60,844 bases of DNA from Octopus bimaculoides (Eukaryota): the NCBI RefSeq assembly GCF_001194135.2, contig NC_068981.1, positions 11,286,692 through 11,347,535 on the forward strand, in the 5' to 3' direction. Below, in pieces: positions 11,693 to 24,979 of this stretch. The notes beneath the pieces are model-generated. The model was not told where the DNA came from. It ran no database searches and was given only the letters and a program-made list of their open reading frames with translations. Numbering within the stretch: position 1 is the first letter of the stretch; every line of letters starts with the position of its first letter. The translations under genes and the position numbers were made by a program.

Positions 11693-11913
11693 CATTAATC
11701 TAATAATACACCGCCCTAAAGATTTTTAGAATATTACGCATTATATTTGTCCATTGCAATGCATTCTACTTGAATGGAATTCATCTCGCAGTTTATTTAA
11801 TTTAACATTTCGCTCTTGTTTAGACTTAAGAGAAATCTATGTTCAGCCGCATAGAAGCACTGTCCTTTACCAGATTGTTACATGTCTAGGATAAGATATA
11901 TTTTTGTGTGTGC

Positions 11914-11947
<34 letters not shown>

Positions 11948-12769
11948 NNNNNNNNNNNNNNNNNNNNNNNNNNNNNNNNNNNNNNNNNNNNNNNNNNNNN
12001 NNNNNNNNNNNNNNNNNNNNNNNNNNNNNNNNNNNNNNNNNNNNNNNNNNNNNNNNNNNNNNNNNNNNNNNNNNNNNNNNNNNNNNNNNNNNNNNNNNNN
12101 NNNNNNNNNNNNNNNNNNNNNNNNNNNNNNNNNNNNNNNNNNNNNNNNNNNNNNNNNNNNNNNNNNNNNNNNNNNNNNNNNNNNNNNNNNNNNNNNNNNN
12201 NNNNNNNNNNNNNNNNNNNNNNNNNNNNNNNNNNNNNNNNNNNNNNNNNNNNNNNNNNNNNNNNNNNNNNNNNNNNNNNNNNNNNNNNNNNNNNNNNNNN
12301 NNNNNNNNNNNNNNNNNNNNNNNNNNNNNNNNNNNNNNNNNNNNNNNNNNNNNNNNNNNNNNNNNNNNNNNNNNNNNNNNNNNNNNNNNNNNNNNNNNNN
12401 NNNNNNNNNNNNNNNNNNNNNNNNNNNNNNNNNNNNNNNNNNNNNNNNNNNNNNNNNNNNNNNNNNNNNNNNNNNNNNNNNNNNNNNNNNNNNNNNNNNN
12501 NNNNNNNNNNNNNNNNNNNNNNNNNNNNNNNNNNNNNNNNNNNNNNNNNNNNNNNNNNNNNNNNNNNNNNNNNNNNNNNNNNNNNNNNNNNNNNNNNNNN
12601 NNNNNNNNNNNNNNNNNNNNNNNNNNNNNNNNNNNNNNNNNNNNNNNNNNNNNNNNNNNNNNNNNNNNNNNNNNNNNNNNNNNNNNNNNNNNNNNNNNNN
12701 NNNNNNNNNNNNNNNNNNNNNNNNNNNNNNNNNNNNNNNNNNNNNATATATATATATATATATACTCAA

Positions 12770-13394
12770 TTAATATTTGATGGCACCAATAATTGCAGGT
12801 ATAAACCTGATCTTGTAATCTGGAAAGAGTAACTGCAGATTTCTCAATAGTTCAGCATAGGTGTTCACTTTTTCACTGATCTTCAGCTTTGTGCTAACAT
12901 CCTCTGGGCAGCTAATTTCCACAACTGTGCACAGTTTCTCTTCCCTATTCCAAATGAATATATCAAGTCTGTTGTGTTTACATTTTATTGAGGTCTTCAC
13001 TGGGACATTCCACCAGTATTCCTTTTTATGAGTAGCTATGTCTTCTACCATATTGTGGGTTCTTATTTCTTTCTCCTCGGGATTATACTTCTGACGGATT
13101 TCATCATTGAGTGCCCTAGCTACAAACTAATGTCTCATCGGTAGATAATACCGTGACGACATTTTCGGACAACTACTTATGATGTAGATGATATCTTCAG
13201 TGTGAACTCCACAAACTTTGCATCGGTTGTCACATTTTACGGCTTTTCCTGCACCTCTATCCCTTTTGGGCATCAGGTATTTGGTTGGTATTTTCTGTTC
13301 CTCGATTGCAAACACATACCCTTCAAAGTGAGAGGTAGTGATCCAGCTAATAGTCCATGATAACCAATTTTGATGCTCGATGTTACTATCATAA
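12770..13394 (-). mobile_element. R4/Dong-like LINE fragment (CCHC knuckle + REL endonuclease)
   Basis: CDNRCKVCGVHTEDIIYIISSC and EYWWNVPVKTSIKCKHNRLDIFIWNREEKLCTVVEISCPEDV in the ORF track. Confidence 0.9.
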
Positions 13395-13481
13395 ATGTAC
13401 GTATGTATGAATGTATGTATGTTTGTATGTACGTATATATGTATGTATGCCTGTGTGCATATGTACATATAGTATATATCC

Positions 13482-13525
<44 letters not shown>

Positions 13526-14749
13526 GTGTGTATGTATTTGTGTATGCACGTGTGTATGTATTTAAGCAGGCTTATCTGTGACTGATCAGTGCTATGTGTA
13601 TTTGAATGTACTTACTTGAACGTCTACGATTTGATGGTTCCCGTGGGTGATGTATGACATTAATTTTGTTAATCATGTCTTATGTATCACATATGTTTTT
13701 TTTACATTCGTTGTTTAGATACGAGTTTTCTAGCGGGGAAATATTAATGAACATTATATTACCTATAATATAAAGATGGGAATTATTACAAGTTCCGGAG
13801 ATGAGAAAAGTAAAATCATGAAGCACGATTTGGCTGGGGAACAATGTTGCCGTTTGCAAAACTACTGAGATATTTCGAATAATAGAGAAGGGCGTTGGTC
13901 GGGGAATCGTCGCCGTCTGACCGGTTGTAGTTTGTTACAGAATTAGTGTTTACGTATCTGACTGAAGAAATTTATTCTTTCGCTGTGTTGAGAGAGTCAT
14001 GTTTTAATATTTCTGTATGTTAATTCTTAGAAAGTTTTAAAAGAACACGGTAAAAGAAAACTAAGTTTAAAAGAGACAATTGTTGTAATCATAAAAATAA
14101 TGTAATAAATGTTGGAGTCATGCTGAGCGAAGAATAACAGAAATAGAAAATAAAAATACAAGGCAGCTGTGATGCTGTCTTAAATATTCTCTATAAAATA
14201 CGACAAAGACTAATATCAATAGTGAACTTAGTTATATATTCATGAATGTTTCCTTTAATTTCTAAACACATTGTTGTAGTAACTAGTGCTATTTCTTCTG
14301 AAACACAGTGTCATGCCATCTAGTTTTTCTACATCACACACACAAAAGTTGACAAATAAACAACGTCGAATAACTTTCAGAAAGTCACAAGGAAGGAGTG
14401 ACCAATAACTTAATGGTTTAATTGATAAATACGTTTCGGCTCCTCGTCACAGTGACAAAACAAGAACGAATCGAATTTAAATAACATTAAAAAAATTTAT
14501 CATTCTTGAATATCTGCGGAAACACAAAATCAAGGCAACGTGATATCTAAGATAGCAATAATAAAACAAAGACTACCATTGTACATAAAGTAGGGTTCAA
14601 CAGTGATATATGTGTGTGTGTGTGTGTGTGTGTATAAATATACGTATATGTATGTATATGAATATGTATATATACATTTATATATATATTATATACATAT
14701 TCGTACACACACACATATAGTGTATATATATATATATATATATATATAT

Positions 14750-14945
14750 TTGGGATTTGGTTTGCAAGATTCTTTATGTGAGCTCTTGTTTTGAAGCATA
14801 TTGTGTTGGGTCTAGGGAGAGGCATTTTCTTTTAGTGCCTTATTTAACACACTCACCGGTAAAGATTCCTAAAATTTTCGTTGCGTCTAGCAACCTTTTC
14901 AATAGTCGTTGATTCTGTCCACTCTCTGAGCTGCGTTCTTTTTGC
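14750..14945. mobile_element. MITE-like element, partial copy of the 49374-50100 family
   Basis: Shares TCTAGGGAGAG..CATTTTCTTTTAGTGCCTTAT..CACCGGTAAA..TTTTCGTTGCGTCT..CAACCTTTTCAATAGTCGTT. Confidence 0.75.
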
Positions 14946-14959
14946 TTGTTTGTGGATCA

Positions 14960-15350
14960 GTGTGTAGGTCAGTGTGTGTGCGCATACACATGTATGTATG
15001 TATGCATGTAAATGTGTGTATGCATGTATGTATGTATGTGTGTGTGCATATTTATATATCTATGTATGTATGTATGTCTTTGCATGTGTGCATTCCGCAT
15101 ATTCTTGTGTATGTGTTTGTATTTCTGTGTTTTTATGTCTGTCTGTGTGTGTTGGCATGTGTGTACCTCTGTCTCCTTGTGAGTGCACATCTGAGTGTGT
15201 GTGTGCGTGTGGAGGAGGGGAGGCTTTTGTGATTATGTAGTGTATCTGTATGCATGGATGTGTATCTCCATATGTGACTTTGTGTGACGTGAAGTGTGTG
15301 TGTATATGGCCATGTGTTTCAGTGTTTATTTGCGTATGTGTGCTTGTCTG
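14960..15350. repeat. Degenerate (TG)n/(TATG)n tract
   Basis: Directly visible. Confidence 0.85.
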
Positions 15351-15604
15351 TTGAGACAATATGATGACAAAAAAAAAACACAAAAAACAGTCCTTCATAC
15401 TCTACCAACATGCCAAGGCCCAACATGGAAGCAACTTGGGTCAACGTGACACCCGCACTTTATCCGAGCACCCAAAGTACCCAACCCTCAGACAGATACA
15501 AGTGTACGTTCTCATAAATGAAACATCACCAGTACTAAATAGGAAATATACGTCGGGGGTAATCTTACCCCCGTCATACTCACAGTTTATATTTATATAT
15601 AGCT

Positions 15605-16170
15605 CACTTCCGTGGTGTGATCATCGCATTGACCATGAGAGAAAGTTGTCATGGTGACACCTGCTCAGAGGCCTACGCAAAGTTGCAGAAAGTGTATGGA
15701 GAGGAGTGCATGAGCAGCACACAAGTAAGTATACGAGTGGGTTCAGATGTTGCCAAGACGGCTGGAGAAAATGTCGATGTTGACGAACGTTCTGGGAAAC
15801 CCGTAACCAGCCAAACAGAGAAATACCATAGATGTGCTTGAAGCTGAGGGGAAATCGTCGAATCCCCATCCGTGAGTTATCAGAGGATATGCAAATTAGT
15901 TGGAGACCAGTTTAGTCGACTATCACTGAAGATTTGGGTATGAGACGCGTGTCTGCCAATTTTGTACCAAAATTGCTTTCAGCTGAACGAAAAGACACTT
16001 GGATTTCAGTTGCACAAAATCTCCTTGATTGTGTCGAAAACAATGAAAATTTTTTGAAAACTTTGCATAGGCCTCTGAGCAGTTATGGTCAAGCTTTTGG
16101 CAAAATTTGATGAAGATTCTCTTAACTTTAACTGTCATGGTCAATGCAAAGATCACATGGTACACAAGTT
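15605..16170 (+). mobile_element. Mariner transposase 5' fragment with inverted duplication of its start
   Basis: CSEAYAKLQKVYGEECMS, DVDERSGKP and MRRVSANFVPKLL (WVPREL-equivalent); 16061-16165 is an inverted copy of the N-terminal coding part. Confidence 0.85.
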
Positions 16171-16339
16171 CCTTCCAAGCACTGCTGTAAACAGCGGAAG
16201 TGAGCTAAAATTTTAAGACTTCGTGCGCTTGCACAGCAGAGTTCAAGGTCAATCTGTGTCAAGCAGCTTTACTCTGTGTACTTCAGCTTCGTTACTCAGA
16301 CAACAGTCTGTATACTTATTGATCAGAGAACGTATAGTG

Positions 16340-16500
16340 TGAGCTTCCATAGAGTTTCGTCAAACAAATCCGCTCACAAGGCATTGGTTGGTCCGAGTCT
16401 CTAGTAGGAACTATATGCCTAATATACTGCGCAGTGGGACTGAATCTAGAGTCACGTAGAGACTGAATCTAGAGTCTTAATCATACAACTATAACTGCAC
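16340..16500 (-). mobile_element. SINE family A fragment
   Basis: CAAATCCGCTCACAAGGCATTGGTTGGTCCGAG..GCAGTGGGACTGAA. Confidence 0.7.
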
Positions 16501-16674
16501 CTCTTCGTATTTGGATAATTTCTCCATTTTGTTGAATTCAAAGTTATAATATATACTATTGAATAAATATGAGATTGAAGGTGGCGGTGCATCAATAAGT
16601 GTACATATGTGTTTTTGTGTATGTGTGTGTGTGTATAAGAATGTTTGGAACACCGTTTATTTACTCCGTCAATG

Positions 16675-16743
<69 letters not shown>

Positions 16744-16819
16744 ATGTCTGTCTTTCTGTCTGTCTATGTATGTATGCATGCATGTATGTATGTATGTATG
16801 TATCTATCTGTCTATCTAT

Positions 16820-16850
<31 letters not shown>

Positions 16851-16900
16851 TCTATCTGTCTATCTGTCTGTGTAACTGTCTGTCTGACTGTCTGTCTGAC

Positions 16901-16939
<39 letters not shown>

Positions 16940-16980
16940 GTATGTATGTATGCATGTATATATGTATCTATATATCTATC
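16675..16980. repeat. Compound (TCTA)n/(TATG)n/(TTTA)n/(TCTG)n microsatellite
   Basis: Directly visible. Confidence 0.95.
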
Positions 16981-17128
16981 TACTGAAGCAACGTTATTGA
17001 GTAAACATCCTTTCCCTTTCAACCATTAAACAAGTATATATACAAAAACACGTACGCTCAAATATGCGTAACAGTCCCACACAAGGATATATCTGTCCCT
17101 ACCATACATAAGTACGTTTATGTGTGTG

Positions 17129-17218
<90 letters not shown>

Positions 17219-17586
17219 TATGTATGTATATGAATGCACAGGAGAGAGGTGGAAGGAGAAATATAGATAGATGTATTTGTGTATGTGTAATTGCATGCAA
17301 TATTCATATGCATTCAATTACAGTATGTTTACTTTCGAGACTAAAAAAAGTAGTAAAAAATGGCGGCATCATATGGAGTTATGTAAGTAAAAAAATGTCG
17401 TTTACTTAGATTTACATCTTTTCTACCTAGTTATCTTATTTTCTTTTGGTTAACTTTCTAAGTGCAGTTCATAGGATGTAGCCACTTTTGCTATTTGGCT
17501 TCTAATATTATTTGCTTCTTGTATATATTGGTTGCAATATGATACACATAACGATCATTAGTTATTTTGCCTTGCCATACATATTG

Positions 17587-17587
<1 letters not shown>

Positions 17588-17678
<91 letters not shown>

Positions 17679-17692
17679 TCTATCTATCTATC
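17588..17692. repeat. (CT)n microsatellite
   Basis: Directly visible. Confidence 0.95.
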
Positions 17693-17919
17693 TAAATTAA
17701 TGGTAATGTCTTCCCTATATATTGTATAATTGTAAATCTTTTTCCCAAATATATTACACTTCATATTTAAGTCTCCGTTTGAGCTAAAGGATGTTGTTCA
17801 GGAACTCATCTATGAGTTCACTGTATCTGATAGAAAAAACAGTTGTAAGATAATGAAGTCCATAAGATAACCGCAATTTTCATTGTTAATCTAATTTCCT
17901 TATTTATGTATGTATATCA

Positions 17920-18990
17920 TTCGGTTTTATTTAAAGATTTATTGCCAATAGAGAAACAGCCGGTTTCTAACCTAGATCCAAGGTTCCTTCATTGGAATTT
18001 CAACAACATCAACAGGGCATTTTTGTAGTTATGTATGTATACGAGCAGAATTTATGCTTTGTATTGTGTATACATTTTCATGCATATACTTCCATATCTA
18101 GACATGCTCATATATACTGAAATGATAAACTTGTAGAAAATTTTACAGATTTTACAGTTCCAGTGATGGTTTGCATCTATAGTCTTCGAATCAGCCTTCT
18201 TTCTGGTTTTGAGAAACCTAATTTCTCAAGATCTAGACAGTGTGTTACATATCCCGGGTCCCCAATAATTACTAGTATTTAAGGCGGCGAGCTGGCAGAA
18301 AAGTTAGCACGCCGAGCGAAATGCTTAATGGTATTTCATCTGCCGTTACGTTCTGAGTTCAAATTCCGCTGAGGTCAATTTTATCTTTCATCTTTTCGGG
18401 GTCAATTAAATAAGTACCAGTTACGCACTGGGGTCGATATAATCGACTTTATCCCTTTATTTATTCTCTCTATGGTTAGCCTCCTGTGGGCAATAAAGAA
18501 ACGAATAATTTCTAGTATAAACCTGACCTTGCAGTCGGATAGAGTATCTGCAGATTTCTCAATAGTTCAGCGTAGGTATACTCTTTTCCACCGATCTTCA
18601 GCTTTACGTTCACATCCGCTGGGCAGCTGATTTCCACAACTATACGCAGTTTCTCTTCTCTATTCCAAATCATTATATCAGTTTTGTTGTATTTACATTT
18701 TATTGAAGTTTTCTCTGGGACATTCCACCAGCACTCCTCCTTTATTCTGAGTGGCTATGGCTTCTGCCATCTGTGAGTTCTGATGTCTTTGTCCACGGGA
18801 TTATCATTTCGACGGATCTCGTTATACAGCGGCATAGCCACAGCATGTTGTCTCCTCGGTAGATAATACCATGATGACATTTTCGGATAACTGCTTATGA
18901 GTTGGTGATAACTGCAGTTTTAATTCCACAAAGTCTGCATAGGTTATCACATTTTACTGCTTTTCATGCGTCCCTGTGCTTCAGGGATAA
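17920..18990 (-). mobile_element. R4/Dong-like LINE 3' part with 3' UTR, interrupted by a SINE
   Basis: Homologous to 4771-5440 and 12770-13394; reading frame RFILEII/GDPGYVTHCL rejoins across the insertion. Confidence 0.9.
18279..18503 (+). mobile_element. SINE family B, full length, 15-bp TSD
   Basis: GGCGGCGAGCTGGCAGAAAAGTTAGCACGCC..; TSD AATAATTACTAGTAT (18264-18278) / AATAATTTCTAGTAT (18504-18518). Confidence 0.92.
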
Positions 18991-19111
18991 CATAACCAAT
19001 ATAAAGATAAGCAAACAAATAAAGCCAATATTGTATTTCGACTTATATGCATTATTCGATTTATAAACAATTCATATCTATGTATACAAGTCTCCTTAAG
19101 GCCTTGGTTCT

Positions 19112-19200
19112 AAACGACAGACGAAATTCCATGTAAAAGGACTGCCAGATTGCATAATACCGATTTGAAATACCTAATGTTTAAGAGTGTGCGCGTTAAG
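19112..19200 (+). pseudogene. Decayed FN3-like segment 3
   Basis: KRQTKFHVKGLPDC then +1 frame YRFEIPNV, resembling T-x-h-x-V-x-G-L-x-P-x-x-x-Y-x-F-x-I. Confidence 0.4.
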
Positions 19201-19844
19201 AATTCAAATACATAACAAGTTCAACAAAAGAACAAAATTGAAATGGGTAAAATAATTAAAGAAAATGTATAAGTCAAAAAATGTTTTTATATATCGCCAG
19301 TAATATTAATCTAAATGTATTTAAATCGAAAGTAATCAGCGGCCATTTTAATGATATCTATGAATAATAATATATAAATATATAAATAAATAAAGTATAT
19401 GCGTTTTACTTAGTTTTAGAGGCAGATAAATCGTGTAAATCAATATTTTTTCTATAAATATAGCTATACATGTTCGAAAGAACGTATTTTTAGTGTATCA
19501 AGTAACTATTTATTTATATGTACCACTTTTCATATATATATATGATTACTTAAAGGATATATATATAAATTATATATAATGATAATATATAATAACTCCT
19601 CTCATTTATTCATTGTTATTGATATGAAGATTATTCAAAGTAACTAACAAATAATGCTCCCTATTTACGTAGTTTATTGAAGGGAGAACTCCGCAAATTA
19701 AAATAAACAAAAACGAAAAAGAACTTGGATCTACGATAATTATAATGTCCAAGCTGTACCCGTGAAAAATTCACGGAAAACATAAAATGTAAGCATCTAT
19801 AAACAGTGTACTGATGCCATGAGAAATGTTTGTATATTATCACT

Positions 19845-19980
19845 TTACGTTCAGAGTTCAAATTCTGCCGAGGTCGACTTTGCTTTTTGTCCTTTCGGGG
19901 TCGATAAATTAAGTACCAGTTGTATGCTGGAGTCGATCTAATCAACTGGTCTTCTCCCCACAAAAACTTCAGTCCTAGAT
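19845..19980 (+). mobile_element. SINE family B 3' part
   Basis: ACGTTCAGAGTTCAAATTCTGCCGAGGTCGACTTTGC.. Confidence 0.85.
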
Positions 19981-20099
19981 AAGTATATTGTGACAGTTAC
20001 AGAATATAGAAAGTAATGTACCACCAATAACTATATAATCCAACCAAAATATCTGTTACACAAACGTAAACGGAATTACTATTTAACCCTAAAATGCAT

Positions 20100-20482
20100 C
20101 CTGTGTGGTAAGTAACTTGCCTACCAACCACGTGGTTCCGGGTTCAGTCCCACTGCGTGGCACTTTGGGCAGGTGTCTTCTACTATAGCTTCGAGCCCAT
20201 CAAACCCTTGTGAGTGGATTTGGTAGAGGGAAACTGAAAGAAGACCGTCGTATATATGTCTATATATTTGTGTATGTGTATGTATATGTTTTGGTATCTG
20301 TGTTTGTCCACCAAGCATCGCTTGACATCCGATGCTGGTGTGCTTACGTCCCGGTAACTTAGCGTTTCGGCAAAAGGGGCTGATAGAATAAGTACTAGAA
20401 AGAATACGTCCTGGGGTCGATTTGTTCGACTAATGCAGTGCTCCAGCATGGCCACAGTCAAATGACTGAAAATAGTAAAAGT
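20100..20482 (+). mobile_element. SINE family A
   Basis: Full homology to the other family A copies. Confidence 0.9.
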
Positions 20483-20500
20483 ATATATACTTCTCTTGCG

Positions 20501-20700
20501 GTGAACGCCGTCACCACTCACTGTCTTTTTCACTCTCTCTCCTTTTCTCTCTCTCTCTCTCTCTCCGCCTCTCTTCCTCTCTGAAACATTTAAAAAGGCA
20601 AAGTGAACGCCGTCACCACTTACTGTCTCTTTTACTCTGTCTCTTTTTCTCTCACTCTCTCACGTTATCTCTCACTGTCTCTTCTCTTTCTCTCTCTTTC
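20501..20700. repeat. Two-copy direct repeat (~102-bp period) with (CT)n tails
   Basis: GTGAACGCCGTCACCACT at 20501 and 20603. Confidence 0.75.
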
Positions 20701-20826
20701 TCTCTTACTTCCTCCCTGTCACCCCTCTCTCGCTTTGCCACTTCTTTGAAGTAAGTGTCACGCACACAACAAGTACGTACAAAAACAATATTAATATTAT
20801 TGATACTACTTCTTAGATAAAGAGAT

Positions 20827-20871
<45 letters not shown>

Positions 20872-22169
20872 TAAATTTCAGTAAGTCTTTCAGAAGTAAC
20901 GAAATTAGAGTATTGCAATATGTATATAATCTCTAAAGTACACAATATTATGAAAATTATTAAAATTATTAAAATTATTGAACCTAGTTTGTATCACAAT
21001 TAATACATATATTTACGATTATTGAAAAATATATAATTATATGTAATAATTGTTGTAACCTACTTATTCATATTTACATAAACTTTATTTCTAGAATAAA
21101 TACCAAATTCCTTAGTTTATTAGAGGGAAAACTATATCGTTGCAAGACACGGTTTATATATTTATAAATAAATTAGCAATATAAAAAGGCCGGGAATACG
21201 TACTTAGAAATAAATGTCTTTGATCTCAATATAACAGTATATAAAATTATTCATTTATTATTATTATTATCATCATCTTTATTATTATTATTATTATTAT
21301 TAACTGAAGAATTAATTCAATTTACTGTATAATCATTTAATATAACGAAAATAGTTTACTTAAGATTTATAATTAATATCTAACTACGGTTATAATGATA
21401 TATTTTACGGTCAATGCAACTATTTTCAATGGAGCTTAATACGAAATATTATAAATTAATCAACTAAAAAGTTTGTTTCTCATATGTCCACATTATTATA
21501 CAATAAAAAAAATTTAAATAACAAACCTTTAGTTTCTATAGAAGAAACTTACAAGGGATTCAGTATAAAAATAAAACCTTATTTTCCGCAAGCAATAAAA
21601 TTCAGTTAGAATAAGGAACTTGTAAATCGTTCATCATAATAAATAAATGAATAAATAAATAAAAAAAATAAATAAATAATCTGGCCTCAATGTACTTTTG
21701 TTTAGTACTTCAGCTTGTCGGAGCTTTCTAAAATGTATAAAAAAAGGAAGACGTCAGTCATTTTACTACAGTGGTCAAGAACTCAACTGCCAGTTAAATA
21801 CATTTTGAAATCTGATGATTACTACGAACGTATGAAAGCGCTAATTGAGCTTAATGAGCATTACAAAATATCTTTTAAATATTTAACACACTTCAACACT
21901 GTGATAATATTTTTTAAATACAATAATAAAAGAAAACATGAAAACCAGACCATGTTGTAACTGTATTCAATTGACATATATGTGTGTGTGTTTATATATA
22001 CATACTCATACATACGCATGTCTATTTATGTGCCCCTATGCATGTGCATACATATGCGTGTGTCAGTTCATGGATCTGTGTGCGCGCGGGTATTTGTTTA
22101 CATTTTTTAAGTCGATGAAATTATTTGACTGTATGTTACAGATATGCCTCTTTGTGTGTACATGTGTGT

Positions 22170-22255
22170 GTGAGAGAGAGAGAGAGGAAGAGAGAGAGAG
22201 AGAGAAAGCGAGAGAGAGAAAGAGAGAGAGAGAGAAAGAAAGAGAAAGCGATAGA
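22170..22255. repeat. (GA)n microsatellite
   Basis: Directly visible. Confidence 0.9.
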
Positions 22256-22438
22256 TAGTCTCTGTGTGTGTTTTTTGTATGTGTTTGTTTGTGAAATTGA
22301 TAAATATAATTTGCGATAAAAATTCACTTTCACTTTCATTAAAATACTGGTGAATTCAGAGCTCACTACAGTTCGCCTGCAGTTTGCCCTCTCTGTCTAT
22401 CACTCACTGCCACTTGCTTTGCGCTTCTCTGCCTGCAG

Positions 22439-22450
22439 TGTGACCGACAG
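22439..22450 (+). other. Candidate 12-nt microexon
   Basis: Long pyrimidine tract ending GCCTGCAG, then TGTGACCGACAG, then GTAACA. Confidence 0.3.
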
Positions 22451-22467
22451 GTAACAGTATACCCTTC

Positions 22468-22500
<33 letters not shown>

Positions 22501-23417
22501 CTATATATATATATAATATAAATAATATATAAATATATCTATATATACATGCATATATATACATACCTACATATATCTATATAGACATGCATATATGGGT
22601 ACAGGACATCAGAACACGTAGACAGAAGGAGAAATGAGAACATAAAAAAAACAAAAACATAAAAAAATGAACTTTTTTCGAACAACGAAAAAACAAACAG
22701 AGAAACGAGACATGCAACATAATGAACATTCCCTTAATCAGTTGTCCCCTGTTTTATCTACTCCGCGATATATATATATATATTATTAGTTAGTTCTGGT
22801 TCATAAGTCAGAAAACTGCGCATCTAATACGAGAATTACTGTGATTATATATTTTGTACATATAGTTGAGCAGTATATTTTAACTGGTGCAAAACCTACT
22901 GTCAGTTTCACGTCGGGTATTGCACGAGGCAAAATAGCAAAATTAGCGACTCTTCAAACAAACTTGACCGAATTGTGTAGCCTCTTTTGTGCTGGTGGTA
23001 TATATAAATTCTAAGTGGTTTTGGTGTTTGGAGAAGAAATGGAACGAAACTAAATGCAGAGAGTTATTTCCTTTGGTTTGATGTCGGCCTGTTGCTGTTG
23101 TATGGACATTTATGTGTTTTCTCCATAGAGATTAATCATACTCTTAAAGCAACTAAACCTGACATGTGTATGGGTGGGGGGCAAAAACAAAGGAGAAACG
23201 GTGTAAGATCATTATTAGCTCAATGCCAAATGGCAGTAGAGTGGGGTTATGAAAATTGAGAAAATTCTACTTGTGGAGATATATGAAGTTGACACCAAAC
23301 TCATACTACTAATTAAGAAGCTGCAGGATAATGTAACGTCGAGATAATAGGACAGCCCACCCTCATAAAAAGTGCTATCTTATATTCGGCAAGAACCCTA
23401 AGAAAGATTACAGTGGA

Positions 23418-23530
23418 AAAGAAGAAGAAGAAGAAGAAGAAGAAGAAGAAGAAGAAGAAGAAGAAGAAGAAGAAGAAGAAGAAAGGAGAGAAAGAAGAAA
23501 AGAAGGAAGGAAGGAAAGAAAGAAAGAAAA
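23418..23530. repeat. (AAG)n/(GAAA)n microsatellite
   Basis: Directly visible. Confidence 0.95.
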
Positions 23531-24479
23531 GCAATTAAAAATAAATTCATAACGACTTTGATGTAAAAGTTTGGCACAGAATTAAGAAATTAAAAGATTC
23601 AATAACGAAAAAAGAAAACGAAAAAAAGATTGTAATATTCTTAGTACAAAGAAATAGCAATAATAATGATGCACTAAGTAAAGGAATGTAATCAGTAGAA
23701 GGTAGAAAACTGGGTGATTAGGACAGAGTGAATGAACAACAGAGAGATCAGGTGAGATGACTTAGAGATGAGAGAATATAGTGGGTGGAGGAGGAAAGTA
23801 GGAGGACTGTGTGAGCGTGTAAAGAAAGTCAGCATTTAACTGCGACATAGAGAAATTAGCGAGAAGAAGTAACATTTTAGCAAGTAAGCCATTAATGTGA
23901 GATTGTTATAGAAACTGCATTTGACTTTTGTTGCGATGCTGTAAGGTGTAAGGCAAATTCCAAAATTCGGATGATGTTTGCGTGCAACTTAAATTGAGTT
24001 GATGTTTGTTTTGTTACTTTGGGTAAAACTCTGAGAGCCGTGGTAGAATTAATGGATATCCATAACAAACAACATAAAAACCAATTAATAATTGATGATA
24101 GGAAAATGAATTAATATATAACGAATTGGTGGGTTGATAAATATTAATAAGCTATAAATGAGTGAAATTTATTGGAACTTAGTGAGATTTATTCATGAAA
24201 AATAGATAAGCAAATAAAACATAATCAAGATTCTTGATAAAATTAAAACCATAATATATTATAATGAATTACTGAAACATATAAGTTAAACGAATGAGTG
24301 TTTGGAGATGTTAATGAGGAGTTAAAATTAGTTATCACGGTAGAAGAACTAAAATTAAGGATAAATAAATGAAAGAATCCTGGAAATAATGATAGGGCTT
24401 ATAAAATACGCGAGAAATCGGTAATGTTGTGGTGCACGCTTAATACAGCATTAATGCCATTAGCTCACAATAGAGCAAT

Positions 24480-24481
24480 TC

Positions 24482-24535
<54 letters not shown>
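24480..24535. repeat. (AAT)n microsatellite
   Basis: Directly visible. Confidence 0.95.
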
Positions 24536-24536
<1 letters not shown>

Positions 24537-24979
24537 TTGATAATGATAAAAGGATAACATGAGGGAACGGTGGAAGAAAAAATAGATGGAAGTTCTATAG
24601 GAAACTTGAGCAAATATATGTAAAGATATACAGAGCAAAAGAACAAAAGGATGGATTTAAGGAAGCGATTGTCATACTTTCTGAATATTGTTATGATAAA
24701 GCAGCAACAAAAAATACAACACATTTCACGTTTGCTATCCAAAAGTTATAAACTCTGTCTCTTTTCACCATCGTCTCAAATTCTAATTTATGTGAAATTT
24801 ACTATTTTTCATTGAAATGAGGGAAATGTCCAAATTCTTCCATTTTTTTTTATTTAATCATATGTAAACATGTATTCAACCAAACATATGATAAGGGGCG
24901 CTTCATCCATGACCATCCTGTTGTTTTAAGGTCTTTCGGAGACCATGTGATTGATTCCATGCGTTATTATTACGAAATT

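Noticed and set aside
14425-14460. ACGTTTCGGCTCCTCGTCAC, Penelope-like hammerhead remnant on the minus strand
   Set aside because: C3 is missing, helix II is only 2 bp with a 2-nt loop, and there is no helix I; at most a broken relic.
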